This document shows, one piece after another, positions 8,500 through 18,933 of a DNA stretch of 59,357 nt. This DNA is from a virus. Taxonomy: Duplodnaviria; Caudoviricetes. The notes under the pieces are model-generated. The model did not search any database. It was not told the DNA's origin and saw nothing but the letters and a program-made list of their open reading frames with translations. Location: positions 1 through 59,357 of the IMG/VR virus record IMGVR_UViG_3300032261_000006, one strand, 5' to 3'. Within the stretch, counting starts at the first letter, position 1. Every line of letters starts with the position of its first letter. Made by a program: the position numbers and the translations under genes.

Positions 8500-8880
8500 C
8501 TATAAATGGCCGTCCTTCTTGGCAACCGATTCGGCCTCATTGAGCTTTTCACGTAAATTCAACACCCAGTCTTCAAGGTCTCGCACGTTGAATTGATTGT
8601 ATGTGTCGATTAACCTCTTGACACGTCTAAATTCTTCCAACTGTAGATCGATCTCGAATCCTGGAGCTATAGTTAAAGTGTTGTAGTCCCACCCAGGCAC
8701 CGGGCCGGTCCATTTGATGTATTCATCGCGCAATTTGTCCGGCACTTGAAGTCGTTTGCGCACGTCATAAAACACCATTAACGCATCGACAGGCTCATTG
8801 CTCTGAGCCCCAAGCACGTTACTTAAACCAATCCTCTGATGCATGGTTAATTTGATGTGATAAGTATCTTTCTCCGTCAT
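8500..8880 (-). CDS. hypothetical protein downstream of the tail fibre (possible chaperone)
   Basis: GAGGAG RBS before MTEKD; position after the fibre gene. Confidence 0.55.
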   Translation of the reverse strand: MTEKDTYHIKLTMHQRIGLSNVLGAQSNEPVDALMVFYDVRKRLQVPDKLRDEYIKWTGPVPGWDYNTLTIAPGFEIDLQLEEFRRVKRLIDTYNQFNVRDLEDWVLNLREKLNEAESVAKKDGHL

Positions 8881-8910
8881 TGTTGGTCTCCTCTTCACAA
8901 TCTATTTTGA

Positions 8911-8941
8911 CGGAAGGCCCGTCCCCCGGCCCTCTCGTAAA
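8911..8941. repeat. dispersed palindrome copy (GAGGCCC-N7-GGGCCTC family)
   Basis: GGAAGGCCC-GTCCCCC-GGCCCTCTCGTAAA; similar copies listed under findings. Confidence 0.7.
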
Positions 8942-8949
8942 ATGATCTT

Positions 8950-11900
8950 TTACGAAGCACAAATCATTCCCCGACGAACGACTTTGGTCCCTGATGATGT
9001 AGTGAATGTTGAAGTATCATCAACTAGACTGTGAACCACTCCACCTTGCGTAACCGATCCAGCAAATGCGCCGTTAATCGACAGAGCATTACTACCGTTA
9101 GACAAGTTTATTATTGGACTGCCACCAGCTGCTGCATCTATTACTATGCCACCGCCATGAGATCCTTGGTTGACTTGAAGCAAGGTGTCTGAACCGTCGC
9201 CAGCGGTCGAGTTGATGTACACCAAGCCCCCTGTAGTGATTCTCATTCTTTCAGCAGCGCTAGTCGAGAAGGCCAACGGGAGATACGTTCCGGTTCCAGA
9301 TCTATCCGTAATTAGATTGGCTACTCCTCCAGCGATGTAAAGAAATAATGTACTGGCGTTCAAAGTAGCTGTCAACACACCCATCACACTGCTACACCAA
9401 ACATTACCAATTCCATCTGAACGATCATTACTTGTTAAGCCAATAAGTAGAGAACCGGCTGTAGTTACACGCATCATTTGCGAGCCACCAAAAGCCCAAA
9501 CAAATGGCATAGTGGTGCCTGTCCCGGAATGGTCAGAGACAAATTGGGACAAACCGCCATTAACGCTAAGGTAAAATACAGAGGCATTCGTAGCAGCGGT
9601 AGCCAAACCAACTCCTCCGCCGCCCACCCCGATTATGCTCCCTGGAGTAGTATTGTTAAAGTAGTCTGTTCCCGTCAAACCGACAAGTAGCAGCCCACCC
9701 GTCATTATCCGCATCCGTTCAGCGCCGCCAACATTAAATGTTATCGGGAGTAAAGTTCCTCCTCCCAAGGCTCCGCTGGTAATTTGGCTGAGATTCGCCG
9801 AAGTGTCGCATTGGAATCCGAGAAAACTGGCGGTGGACGAGCCGGTGCTGTGGATCTGAATCCCCTGATAGGCCAGAATAGCCGTCGAGGTTACATTGGC
9901 CGTCGTACCGTTAAAGCCAAACGCATTGTTGAGGGCGTTGGCCTCAAAGTTGCCTGAAAGCTGCAGAGTTGCGCCGATGCCGCCGCTGGCTACTCGTGCA
10001 ATGAGCACTTGGCCGCTGGCCAAAATGCGCATCTTTTCACCACTATCGATGGTAAAGCCTATAGGAAGAGATGTGCCCGTGCCGGAGTGGGTAGAATCCA
10101 TTCTAGCAATGACACCGGTACAAAATAACGATAGAACGCTGGTGTTTGTGGGGGTGTTGATTTGTGCTATGGCTCCTTCAACAAAAAGCGATGCACCACC
10201 AAATCCAACATCGGTGCTCGATACGCCCAGGAGCAGATCGCCATTGACCAGCAGGCGCATCTGTTCAGTTCCATCGCTGAACCATGCCATCGGCCTTGTT
10301 GTACCAGTTCCCGAATGAGATGACTGAAATGTTATCAGAGCTGAATTGGATATGAGGCTCATTTGAAATACAGCTGCATTCGCAGCAGCGCTGATAAGAC
10401 CGATGGCGACCGATGCGGCAAACTGCCCGCTAGAATTGCTAAAAAAGTCCGAAGTTGTAATGCCTACCAACAGAGTGCCGCCGGTCATAAACCGCATTCT
10501 CTCGGTGCCATCAATGCTCCATATATAAGGACCTGTGGTTCCAGTGCCGGAATGGCCTGTATTGAAGAAAAAACCAGATCCAGGCTGAACGCTCATCGAA
10601 CCAAATGAAGCATTGGTGGTTCCCGTTGCACAAAAGATAGGACCATTAGCTGCAATGGCTCCATTAGTGACTGTTACGTCCGTGCTTGTGAGGCCGACCA
10701 ACACTTGATTCGTGATGGTTGTTGGATATAAAGTATTTCCAGTTTGCGTCCAAGGGCCGGAACCGGGTCCGCCTGATGTGAGATGGTCCCATTTATACTG
10801 GCAAGTCTGGCCATCAGTAGTGTTGGAATTCGTTGCATTGATGGTCAAATTCGGCACGACCGTGGTGGAAGTGACAACCAGCGGTGCCGTGCCGGTCGCG
10901 ATCGTGGATATCAGCTGAGTGCCTGTGATGGTGCCAATTACCGATAAATTGCCGCCAGTGCTGAGCGTCATCGATACCGTAGCTGACATGATCCATTGCA
11001 TCGGTAAAAGAGTGCCGGTTCCTCCCTGCGATGAAACGAACTGATTGGCACCACCGCCCATGTGCATTTGAAATACAGAGGCATTGGTCGTACCGGCAGT
11101 AGATACGATACCGAATCCGTTTCCAGCAGTGACGAACATGTGGCCAGTGAGCAGAGGCGTGCTAGTAAGCCCCAAATAAAGGTTGCCGGTGGCCGCCACG
11201 TCCAGCCGCATTTGCTCCGCACCGCTGGTATAAAACGCTAGCGGTGCGTAAGTGCCCGCCCCGCTTATGGTTGAGACTAAATTACAGGTTCCTCCAGTGA
11301 TGCTTAAACCGGCAACATTGGCGTTGGTTGTAGCGCTCACCACCGCAATTACATTGGAAGCAAGAATGTATCCGGCTCCCGCGCCGCTTAAATCGGTCGA
11401 AAGGAGACCGACCAACAGGGTTCCTGATTGTGCAAGCCTCATCTTCTCAGAAGGAGGAGCCGTGGGCGCTACGTTCCAAACAAACGGCTGCATGATGCCA
11501 GTGCCCGATACTTGGGAAGTGAACGTAATTCCACCATTAGATCCACCGATGGCAGTAACTATGAACACCGAAGCATTGGTAGCTGCAGAAATAACACCCA
11601 AAGTTTGACATACAATGGCATTGCTTCCGAAATAATCAGTTGAAGTAAAACCGTTAATTAAAACTCCTCCAGTAGTGAGCCGTTGCTTCTCGACTCCATC
11701 AATTCGCCAAGCTATGGGCCTAGTGGTGCCCGTGCCCGTGTGCGTTGAATTAAAGAATCCGGCTGTTGCGTCCACCCCGAAACCAAAGACGCTGGCGTTG
11801 GCCGCAGCCGAAACGCAGGCAATCGTAGCGGATGAAACGATTGAACCGTTGCTCAGGCTAAGATCTGTTGAAGTGATGCCGGTCAGGACGATGTTTGAGA

Positions 11901-11997
11901 TCGTGGATGGATAGAGATAGTTGCCAGTGAGCGTCCACAAGCTGGGAGGTGGTGGCCCGCCTGAGCTTCCACCAAATGACTCTATTACGCCGCGCAT
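8950..11997 (-). CDS. tail fibre / receptor-binding protein with about 10 repeated modules
   Basis: Recurring NASVF..SGTGT..P..F..G.E(R/K/Q)MR...G.LLVG.TSTD units; Gly/Ser/Thr-rich; follows the tail-tip gene. Confidence 0.8.
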   Translation of the reverse strand: MRGVIESFGGSSGGPPPPSLWTLTGNYLYPSTISNIVLTGITSTDLSLSNGSIVSSATIACVSAAANASVFGFGVDATAGFFNSTHTGTGTTRPIAWRIDGVEKQRLTTGGVLINGFTSTDYFGSNAIVCQTLGVISAATNASVFIVTAIGGSNGGITFTSQVSGTGIMQPFVWNVAPTAPPSEKMRLAQSGTLLVGLLSTDLSGAGAGYILASNVIAVVSATTNANVAGLSITGGTCNLVSTISGAGTYAPLAFYTSGAEQMRLDVAATGNLYLGLTSTPLLTGHMFVTAGNGFGIVSTAGTTNASVFQMHMGGGANQFVSSQGGTGTLLPMQWIMSATVSMTLSTGGNLSVIGTITGTQLISTIATGTAPLVVTSTTVVPNLTINATNSNTTDGQTCQYKWDHLTSGGPGSGPWTQTGNTLYPTTITNQVLVGLTSTDVTVTNGAIAANGPIFCATGTTNASFGSMSVQPGSGFFFNTGHSGTGTTGPYIWSIDGTERMRFMTGGTLLVGITTSDFFSNSSGQFAASVAIGLISAAANAAVFQMSLISNSALITFQSSHSGTGTTRPMAWFSDGTEQMRLLVNGDLLLGVSSTDVGFGGASLFVEGAIAQINTPTNTSVLSLFCTGVIARMDSTHSGTGTSLPIGFTIDSGEKMRILASGQVLIARVASGGIGATLQLSGNFEANALNNAFGFNGTTANVTSTAILAYQGIQIHSTGSSTASFLGFQCDTSANLSQITSGALGGGTLLPITFNVGGAERMRIMTGGLLLVGLTGTDYFNNTTPGSIIGVGGGGVGLATAATNASVFYLSVNGGLSQFVSDHSGTGTTMPFVWAFGGSQMMRVTTAGSLLIGLTSNDRSDGIGNVWCSSVMGVLTATLNASTLFLYIAGGVANLITDRSGTGTYLPLAFSTSAAERMRITTGGLVYINSTAGDGSDTLLQVNQGSHGGGIVIDAAAGGSPIINLSNGSNALSINGAFAGSVTQGGVVHSLVDDTSTFTTSSGTKVVRRGMICAS

Positions 11998-12017
11998 GCG
12001 TCCCTCCGTATCATAAT

Positions 12018-15000
12018 TTATCCGCCGCTAGCTTTAAACGTCATGCTTGCCCAGAAACCAGTAATGGTGCCGGTGGTCAGTCCGCTGAATGAATCGCCCG
12101 ATGCTGCGTTCCAAGTTATGGCGTTCGCATCCGATGTCGTTTTCACTATTATGATGGAAAGGCCAGTCCATGTACTGATTGGTGGCAGGAAAATGGTGAC
12201 CGGGCCGCCGCTGGTGTCCACCATAATGGTTTGCGAATTCGGCTGTGGATAGTAAGGTGAATTGGATGCCGTGATGCTGGCCGTTGGTCCGCCGTACATC
12301 GGGCCACTGAAGCTAATTCCTGGCAAATACTGTGGCCGCCAATTGGCCAGTGAATCGAAACCTTCAGTTCCATCCGCCGCCACTGCTACGATTTTGACAA
12401 TGACGCTGGCACCCTGCAAATTAGTGGTGTCGATGCTGAAATTGACGCTAAGGCCCTCAATGGTGGTGACGCTCAGTACATCCGAATCCATTGAATCAAT
12501 GGGAGTAGGTTCAATGATAACCGGCACCGAATTGTTGCTCAGTGCATTAACCGGAAACGGCTGCGTAGTCACAGTGGTGGCAGTATTGGCAGTGATGTAC
12601 CGAGACAGACCTATGCCCGTACCTTGGCCCCAAATGATGAGAGCTTTCTTGCCAACCCATTGATTGGTCGTAAAGTTCCACGCTGAGTCCGTGAAGATGC
12701 AAGACGTTGCCGTATTGTTTACCGATGGGGCTGCTGCAACAATAAAGACGTCTCCTGCCTGAACAACAGTATCGAGGGCCGTGCCGTCCACTGTAATGGT
12801 TCCGGTGAAAACCGTGCCGCTGCTGTTGGTCGTGCATGTGCGGCTGAGAACTGGAAATGTAGCGTGGCTGGCTCTATAATATAAATAGACCTTGCGTCCG
12901 ACCCATTGAGCGGTGGTCCAAGGTACACCATGCGCTTGTTGTCCCGGTACCGAATTGCCCGTCGTTATTACGTTGCCTGACACCGATCCGACGACAAAAT
13001 ATTCGACTCCGCCCGAGCCCATGCGGAAAATTTTCATTCGCAAGAGGTTGGTCTGTATGTCAGGTGGCCCGAATGTGCCGCCCGGAGGCGACAATTGAAC
13101 GGTGGGCCACTGAACAGTGAAATTGGCTGGTTGACCGAAGCCCCGCGTAACGGCTACCAAATTATTCGGGTCGGTGCCAAAATAAACGATGTAACCGACC
13201 GATGCTGGATCCCACGCCAACACTGTGACGAGGACTTGACCACTGCTGGCAGCGCCTGAAATCACCGTTTTAACAATGGCTGAATGGTACGACTGCGTAC
13301 AACTTAATAATTGGATCGTCGGATCCAAATTGGTCGAAGTGACGGCGCAATAATAGGTGCCGTCGCCCAAATTACCGCTTAATTGCTGCGTCCCAATCGT
13401 CACCACCGTCGGCGGAGTCATATTGTTGACTTTATTAACTGGTGCCCAGCCGCTGGTCTTGACTTTGGCGATGGCGTTGTTGAAAGCGTCCGTTTCCAAA
13501 TAGTCCAATGCCATTGCAAACGTTGAATAGGCAGCGGTATTTGGAAACGTGACATCAGTCACTAGCGGTACGGACACTATCGGATACCACGGATAAGGTC
13601 GAATGCGCGGTATTGAAATCGTGACCGGGTAAGTGGCCACTTGCGAAATGTCCTCTTCCGCCGCACCGGATAGGTTAAATGACGTGAACTTGAAGTAGCG
13701 CGTGGTATTGATGTCGGTCTGCTGGTAAGCCCAATCGAATACGGACTTATCAATAAACATGAATGGAGCGCCGCTGTTGTGCGCCGCTATGACAGTACCG
13801 AAGACGCCGCGTCTCAAGTACGTCAAATTGTATTGATTAGTCCCGGTCAGCGTGGCCGTCTGATAGGACATTAGTTCATTGTCCACCAAAATGAGTGAAA
13901 AGAACGCATCGGCTTGCTGCTGTGAATATGACTGCAGCGTGCCAAAGCTTTCAATCAAATTAACTGACAATGTACTGGTCGTGTCAGGGTCGTTCACAGC
14001 AGCCAAGGACGCGGTTGTGACGCCCATCGTGCTGGCTCCAGTTTGCTTTCCAGCATTGGTGTAATTTGTGTTGTCAATGCTAACATGGACATTGCAGCCG
14101 CCCCAATTTGGCCCACCGGAGAGTCCAATCAACAAGTTGTACATGATATCTTGCGTTATCTCTGCAGTAGCCTGAAAGAAGATCGGCGGATTGATCGAGC
14201 CCGGTGACGCGAAATAGCCAGGGCCGAAGCTGCTGGACACTTGTTTGCCGTGCAGCGTCGGTGCCGAAGTGGACCATGGGAAGTCTTCAGCCGTCACCGT
14301 CAATTGAGCCTTGTCATCCTCCTCAATTGTAAGAATGCGAACCGGCGCTGTATTGATGCCGAGAAATGGATCGGTGATGGTAACTAAATCCATCGGCTCC
14401 AGCAAGGCGTAAAAAGCCGGTAGAATGAATTTGTATTGATTGCGGATGTTGACCGACCGCTTGAGTTGTACGCCCACGACCTGCTGCGCTACACTTATTT
14501 CGGTGATGCCGTGGTACTGGCTCGGTGCCTGCATGCGGAGGCCGTACAAGGCAACAGCGTTGTCGTCCTGGTCGCTCAACGGTTCCGGCACGTAATTGCT
14601 CGACCGGTTTACCCATTCAATCTGGACCCCGTTGTACGCATCTCTCACCGATGGTCTATTTACTGTAAGCCAAGCACCGCCACCTTGCGGAATGAAGTCG
14701 TCGCCGTCTAAATCGTAAATCGGTTGCGTACTTGGCGTGTATTGATAGCCGTTGCCGACAGCGGTGGTGTCGCCATATGATCGCAGTTTCAATACACCAT
14801 CGGACCAAACCACATTGGCGTTGGCGATTTCTAGGACTTCCTGCAGACGCGTGGCCATTTTCTCTTGGCCTTCGAAGACCGGTGAGATGAAAATGCCGTT
14901 GGCCGCGCAGTATTTCCATACTTCGCCGCTGGCGTCGTAGCCAAATTGGGTACCGGCAGCCGGTAAATCAGCGTTGGACCAGCCGAGCGGCCCGATGAGC

Positions 15001-15905
15001 GGGTCGGTGAGCACATCTTGAATAATGGCCGGTGGCATTGCGTCGATGATGCCATTACCGAAGACCTTGCGGCCCATGACTTCCCAATTAAAATTTGGCA
15101 TTAGACCGCTGCTGCCAAGATTTAATGACGGAAAAGCTATGTAGGCCAATTCCGAATAGCCGAGAGCTTGATCCGGATGCTTGGACGTTAAATACGTCCA
15201 CGGTGCCTGACCAATCGCCCCATTAAACAGCGACCCGTTGAGGAAAGTTAACGGTGCACCGGAGACGCTGGTGCTGCTGACCCAGAACAAATAATCGACC
15301 AGAACCGTCTTACCAGCATCAGCCGCCGAAAACCCATAGACGCCGAGATTGTTTGTGTATTGACCGGCACCAGGAGCCGACGCCACTTTCAACATCGGCG
15401 TGTTTTGTGTGCCGGTGTAAGTGGTTGATCCAGGTGAACCGTAGTCGTTTACGGTAACCGTGTATGGGTCGAGCCGCACGACGCCGTTGTCTAATTGATA
15501 ATTGGTTCCGTTCCAATGGGACGTATAAGTGCCACCGCCACCAGGAACGACGAAGTACTCTTTGGACCGGTAAATTTGATACTGGTTCTTATCCTGCCAA
15601 ACATTCTGGATTCCGTTTATCTGTCCCTGACAGATGCCGACCATCATCGCCGACGAATAGTTGTATTGCTGGCCGCCGCTGCCGCCTTTGCCTCCACCGG
15701 CACCTTTGCCGCTGCCAAATTTGCCACCGGTGCTCGAAATTGGATTAGCTCGCCAATCGCCGCTCCAGATCAAATTGCCGCTAACTCTGGCCGTGCCGTA
15801 AATCACTTGAATCGGCGTGTTGTACAGGCTAGTCTGCACGCGGTAATCAAGCAACTTCCGATTGACCGCTGCCATCGATGATTTGGGAGGACTAAATAGT
15901 GACAT
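12018..15905 (-). CDS. central tail tip / host-specificity protein (GTA megatron / Phage-tail_3-like)
   Basis: QTSLYNTPIQVIYGTARVSGNLIW, LEPMDLVT, YLRRGVFGT and YFKFTSFN motifs. Confidence 0.85.
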   Translation of the reverse strand: MSLFSPPKSSMAAVNRKLLDYRVQTSLYNTPIQVIYGTARVSGNLIWSGDWRANPISSTGGKFGSGKGAGGGKGGSGGQQYNYSSAMMVGICQGQINGIQNVWQDKNQYQIYRSKEYFVVPGGGGTYTSHWNGTNYQLDNGVVRLDPYTVTVNDYGSPGSTTYTGTQNTPMLKVASAPGAGQYTNNLGVYGFSAADAGKTVLVDYLFWVSSTSVSGAPLTFLNGSLFNGAIGQAPWTYLTSKHPDQALGYSELAYIAFPSLNLGSSGLMPNFNWEVMGRKVFGNGIIDAMPPAIIQDVLTDPLIGPLGWSNADLPAAGTQFGYDASGEVWKYCAANGIFISPVFEGQEKMATRLQEVLEIANANVVWSDGVLKLRSYGDTTAVGNGYQYTPSTQPIYDLDGDDFIPQGGGAWLTVNRPSVRDAYNGVQIEWVNRSSNYVPEPLSDQDDNAVALYGLRMQAPSQYHGITEISVAQQVVGVQLKRSVNIRNQYKFILPAFYALLEPMDLVTITDPFLGINTAPVRILTIEEDDKAQLTVTAEDFPWSTSAPTLHGKQVSSSFGPGYFASPGSINPPIFFQATAEITQDIMYNLLIGLSGGPNWGGCNVHVSIDNTNYTNAGKQTGASTMGVTTASLAAVNDPDTTSTLSVNLIESFGTLQSYSQQQADAFFSLILVDNELMSYQTATLTGTNQYNLTYLRRGVFGTVIAAHNSGAPFMFIDKSVFDWAYQQTDINTTRYFKFTSFNLSGAAEEDISQVATYPVTISIPRIRPYPWYPIVSVPLVTDVTFPNTAAYSTFAMALDYLETDAFNNAIAKVKTSGWAPVNKVNNMTPPTVVTIGTQQLSGNLGDGTYYCAVTSTNLDPTIQLLSCTQSYHSAIVKTVISGAASSGQVLVTVLAWDPASVGYIVYFGTDPNNLVAVTRGFGQPANFTVQWPTVQLSPPGGTFGPPDIQTNLLRMKIFRMGSGGVEYFVVGSVSGNVITTGNSVPGQQAHGVPWTTAQWVGRKVYLYYRASHATFPVLSRTCTTNSSGTVFTGTITVDGTALDTVVQAGDVFIVAAAPSVNNTATSCIFTDSAWNFTTNQWVGKKALIIWGQGTGIGLSRYITANTATTVTTQPFPVNALSNNSVPVIIEPTPIDSMDSDVLSVTTIEGLSVNFSIDTTNLQGASVIVKIVAVAADGTEGFDSLANWRPQYLPGISFSGPMYGGPTASITASNSPYYPQPNSQTIMVDTSGGPVTIFLPPISTWTGLSIIIVKTTSDANAITWNAASGDSFSGLTTGTITGFWASMTFKASGG

Positions 15906-16323
15906 ATGGGCTGAAGAACCTGACAGGTCGAGCCACTAATGGCGGCTGGGTCGCGTCAACGTATTGCACCCCGGTGAGCCAGTGCGCATGAATTAAAAGA
16001 TGTGGCCACTCCAAAACGATGCCCGAATGGCCGTAGACTCTGGCGACGCGAAACATCACGACGTCACCGAGCCGTGGTGGCCCCGGTATCTCGGTCGCAA
16101 ATTCGCGTATGATGTCGAGGTAAATCTCTTCGTTGCGGTGTAAGTGCCAGTCCTGTGATAGAAACGGCGGATCAATCGGCACGCGGAATCCGCACGCACC
16201 GTAAACTTTGATCAGGATGCGACCGCAGTCCACACCCACGCCCTTTAGATCGGCGTTTTGATGGAATGGTGTGCCGATCCAGGTCCGCGCCTCCTCAATT
16301 ACAGCTTGCCGCGCCGCTTCCAA
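15892..16323 (-). CDS. NlpC/P60 tail-tip peptidase
   Basis: EARTWIGTPF, GVDCG, GHSGI, IHAH. TTG start estimated. Confidence 0.9.
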   Translation of the reverse strand: MEAARQAVIEEARTWIGTPFHQNADLKGVGVDCGRILIKVYGACGFRVPIDPPFLSQDWHLHRNEEIYLDIIREFATEIPGPPRLGDVVMFRVARVYGHSGIVLEWPHLLIHAHWLTGVQYVDATQPPLVARPVRFFSPYVTI

Positions 16324-16473
16324 TTCGGTCTCCGGTACACCCCCCGAGGGTAGGACGGCCCCACCGTCCCACCCCCGCCCGCCCTGCCTTCTAGCAGACC
16401 ACATGGACCGGCCCGTAGTCAATATATATGTCGGACCCACGTCGGACGGCCTTCTCGCTTATATACCCAGATC

Positions 16474-16965
16474 TCATGCCATGTCTCTGGCCAACCATCC
16501 GGACAAATTACTGGCCAATTCTGGGTAATGTTCTGCGACCCATTTGTGCCGCGCCTCGCATCCGGCTTTGAGGCACGCGAGCACTTCGCTTGCATCGTTG
16601 GCGTTTACGGCACCTAAAGTTCCCGGCCCAATGGTGCCGTCAGGTGTGACGCCCACGCAATTTTGCAGGATCTTGTTGACGGTCGGTCCTCCCAAATTCA
16701 CGGCCTCATTGAACACTTTCGATGCCAGTTCTGCGTTATCGATCCTGTCGTAGTGGTAATACTCCCAGAATCCCATCCGGTAGAACTCTGTCGCTTGCTC
16801 CTTGGTCAAATTGGCGATGTCGCTATCCCGCCAATGCGGGAAAAATTGTTGGGCCGTCTTCAATGTGACGCCCCATTTAGAAGGCCCACGCCCGTGGTCG
16901 TCTGGGATGAGCTTGCCGCCTTCATCTTTCAATACTTCAGCTACCGCGTCGTCGAATGTTGCCAT
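16474..16965 (-). CDS. endolysin, glycoside hydrolase family 108
   Basis: LKDEGG, D.G.G.SKWGVT, AVNLG, DG.IGP.TL, GWLAR. Confidence 0.88.
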   Translation of the reverse strand: MATFDDAVAEVLKDEGGKLIPDDHGRGPSKWGVTLKTAQQFFPHWRDSDIANLTKEQATEFYRMGFWEYYHYDRIDNAELASKVFNEAVNLGGPTVNKILQNCVGVTPDGTIGPGTLGAVNANDASEVLACLKAGCEARHKWVAEHYPELASNLSGWLARDMA

Positions 16966-17014
16966 TTATTTACTCCTTCAATTCAGGTCTTCGGTATCGA
17001 TTCAGGCCCCCGGT

Positions 17015-18229
17015 CTAGATGCCGGTCTCCGGTTCCGGTACATAGGGCTGGCCGCCAAAGTGGATGACGTTATTGAATTTGCCGGTGCAGGTCGCTACCG
17101 TCTTGTCACACCCGGCCACGGCGCTAAATGTGTCGCCAGCAGCCGGTGCCGATGGGAAGCCTGGGCTGACCTGTATGTTTCCGGTCGTGTATAAATTAAT
17201 CCTTCTGGAGAGGCCGTTGTTGGCCCCGCTCGTAAATGTGATGACGCCTTTAGTGAAATAGCCGTCGCTCGACATTCCTGGCGGCTGGATTCCCTGGAAG
17301 ATCCCAGCGGCATTCTCGGCCCAAGGTGAACCGATGGCGATTGGAGTGCTATTTTGCTTCATTTCGCCGCCGAAGCCGTTGCCGACATACACATTCCAGC
17401 CGGTCGCGCCCGTAGCTGTTGCTGGCGATGTGACTGTGATTATTCCGTTCTTAGGGGTTGTAACGAAGGTTGCCGGTGACGCTGCCGTTTCCCCTAAACC
17501 GGTCACATAAGTGATTCTTACATAGTAAGAGGCCGGTGGCAAGTTGACTCCACCCGGCGTTGAAGTTGTAACCGTTGGCGCAGCCGGTGGCGCTATTGCC
17601 CCGGCCTGCGTCAAATTGTTTGGGATGTTAATGGCAGTAGCGCCCGCCGAGACCGTGCCAGCGAAAGTGAATGAAGCTTTGACCGCCAGACACCCGGTAT
17701 CATAGAGTGTGTGGCGGCAACCGGCCTGATACAGATTGGCTGGAAACGGCACGTTCAACAGTTCTTTCTTGTCCTTCACCGTGAACACTGCATGAATCCG
17801 GTCCAATTCGCGGATCTCCGACACCGTACCCACGAACCAGATGATGGTGCCCATGGACGTGTCGCCGAAGCTGGCCATAAATAACCGCTCGACTTTGATT
17901 TGAGCCGCGTCGAATGCTCCATGCGCTATCGCCTGCAAAATTGGTGTGGTGCCGATTTGGTGCGTCGGGTCCGCGATGACAGTGACTTCAATGGATGAGA
18001 CTTCGAGCCCCGCCGTCTGTTTGACCCGGCTGCGCTCGACGAATGGGCCAAGAGCCGTAAACAGATTGCCCCCCACGGTCAAATTCGTCTGATATGAGGC
18101 CCATCGGAGCACGATGCCGGTGGCTAAAGTGATCGTGTATAGATCGACTATGCCAAATATCTCGCCGCCGACTGCGTTGACGGACAGATTTGTAAGATAA
18201 GTCTGAAGGGCCGTGGACGCGGCTTTCAT
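17015..18229 (-). CDS. baseplate hub protein (DUF2163/BR0599-like)
   Basis: YQAGCRHTLYDTGC, AGCDKT...C..KFNN..HFGG.PYVP.PE. Confidence 0.85.
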   Translation of the reverse strand: MKAASTALQTYLTNLSVNAVGGEIFGIVDLYTITLATGIVLRWASYQTNLTVGGNLFTALGPFVERSRVKQTAGLEVSSIEVTVIADPTHQIGTTPILQAIAHGAFDAAQIKVERLFMASFGDTSMGTIIWFVGTVSEIRELDRIHAVFTVKDKKELLNVPFPANLYQAGCRHTLYDTGCLAVKASFTFAGTVSAGATAINIPNNLTQAGAIAPPAAPTVTTSTPGGVNLPPASYYVRITYVTGLGETAASPATFVTTPKNGIITVTSPATATGATGWNVYVGNGFGGEMKQNSTPIAIGSPWAENAAGIFQGIQPPGMSSDGYFTKGVITFTSGANNGLSRRINLYTTGNIQVSPGFPSAPAAGDTFSAVAGCDKTVATCTGKFNNVIHFGGQPYVPEPETGI

Positions 18230-18840
18230 GAACGCACCCGCTTTAGCGTGACCTTTTTGACTTCGAATAGATTCTGCACAAAGTTCTCGAAATCGTAGAA
18301 ATCTTCCGCAAACCGGCACCGCCAGAAATAGCTAATGTCCGCTGCGATGGTCACCCCGCTAGCCGGTGCTGTATTGAAATGTAAATTACCAGTGGCGCTG
18401 ATGGTGTAGCTGGACGGTGCTTGCAAAACGGCGTTGATGTAGACGTTGTTGACCGGCGAGCCCAGCGTTGCGGTCACGCCGTTTATATCAAAGACCGGCT
18501 GTGTGTAGCCGCCCAAGGTCCTTTGCAATTGAAAGTCCTGCGTTGACGCATTGCCGGTGCCGATAGATTGACCGGTCACTCTATTGTCAGTGACGTCATA
18601 AAACAGGAACGAATCGAACGAGCCGTTGCGCTGGAGATAGAAGCCGAAGAGATTCTGGTAATCGCCAGCCGTCATATCTAACACCGAATACGTGATGTCA
18701 AAATCATAGTACGCGTATGGGTAGTTTGCGATACGAACTTCGAGCCCGGTGGCCGCTGCCTGGACGATAGTGTTGAATCTTGGCCGCTTGACAACTGGCC
18801 ACGTTTCACCGATCAATTGCGGATAGATGGCGTTGCTCAT
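18226..18840 (-). CDS. distal tail protein (DUF2460-like)
   Basis: GLEVRIA, RNGSFDSFLFYD, IGTGN....FQL, CRFAED. Confidence 0.85.
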   Translation of the reverse strand: MSNAIYPQLIGETWPVVKRPRFNTIVQAAATGLEVRIANYPYAYYDFDITYSVLDMTAGDYQNLFGFYLQRNGSFDSFLFYDVTDNRVTGQSIGTGNASTQDFQLQRTLGGYTQPVFDINGVTATLGSPVNNVYINAVLQAPSSYTISATGNLHFNTAPASGVTIAADISYFWRCRFAEDFYDFENFVQNLFEVKKVTLKRVRS

Positions 18841-18933
18841 GGCTTTAACTCCTCATAAAGACCAATAGCGCCAAGATGAAAAGAGCCATGAGGACTGCGG
18901 CTATCAGTATAAGTTTATCGGGTGGTTTCATAT

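Noticed and set aside
8950-11997. Diversity-generating retroelement or invertible fibre cassette
   Set aside because: No reverse transcriptase, no TR/VR pair differing at adenines, and no invertase.
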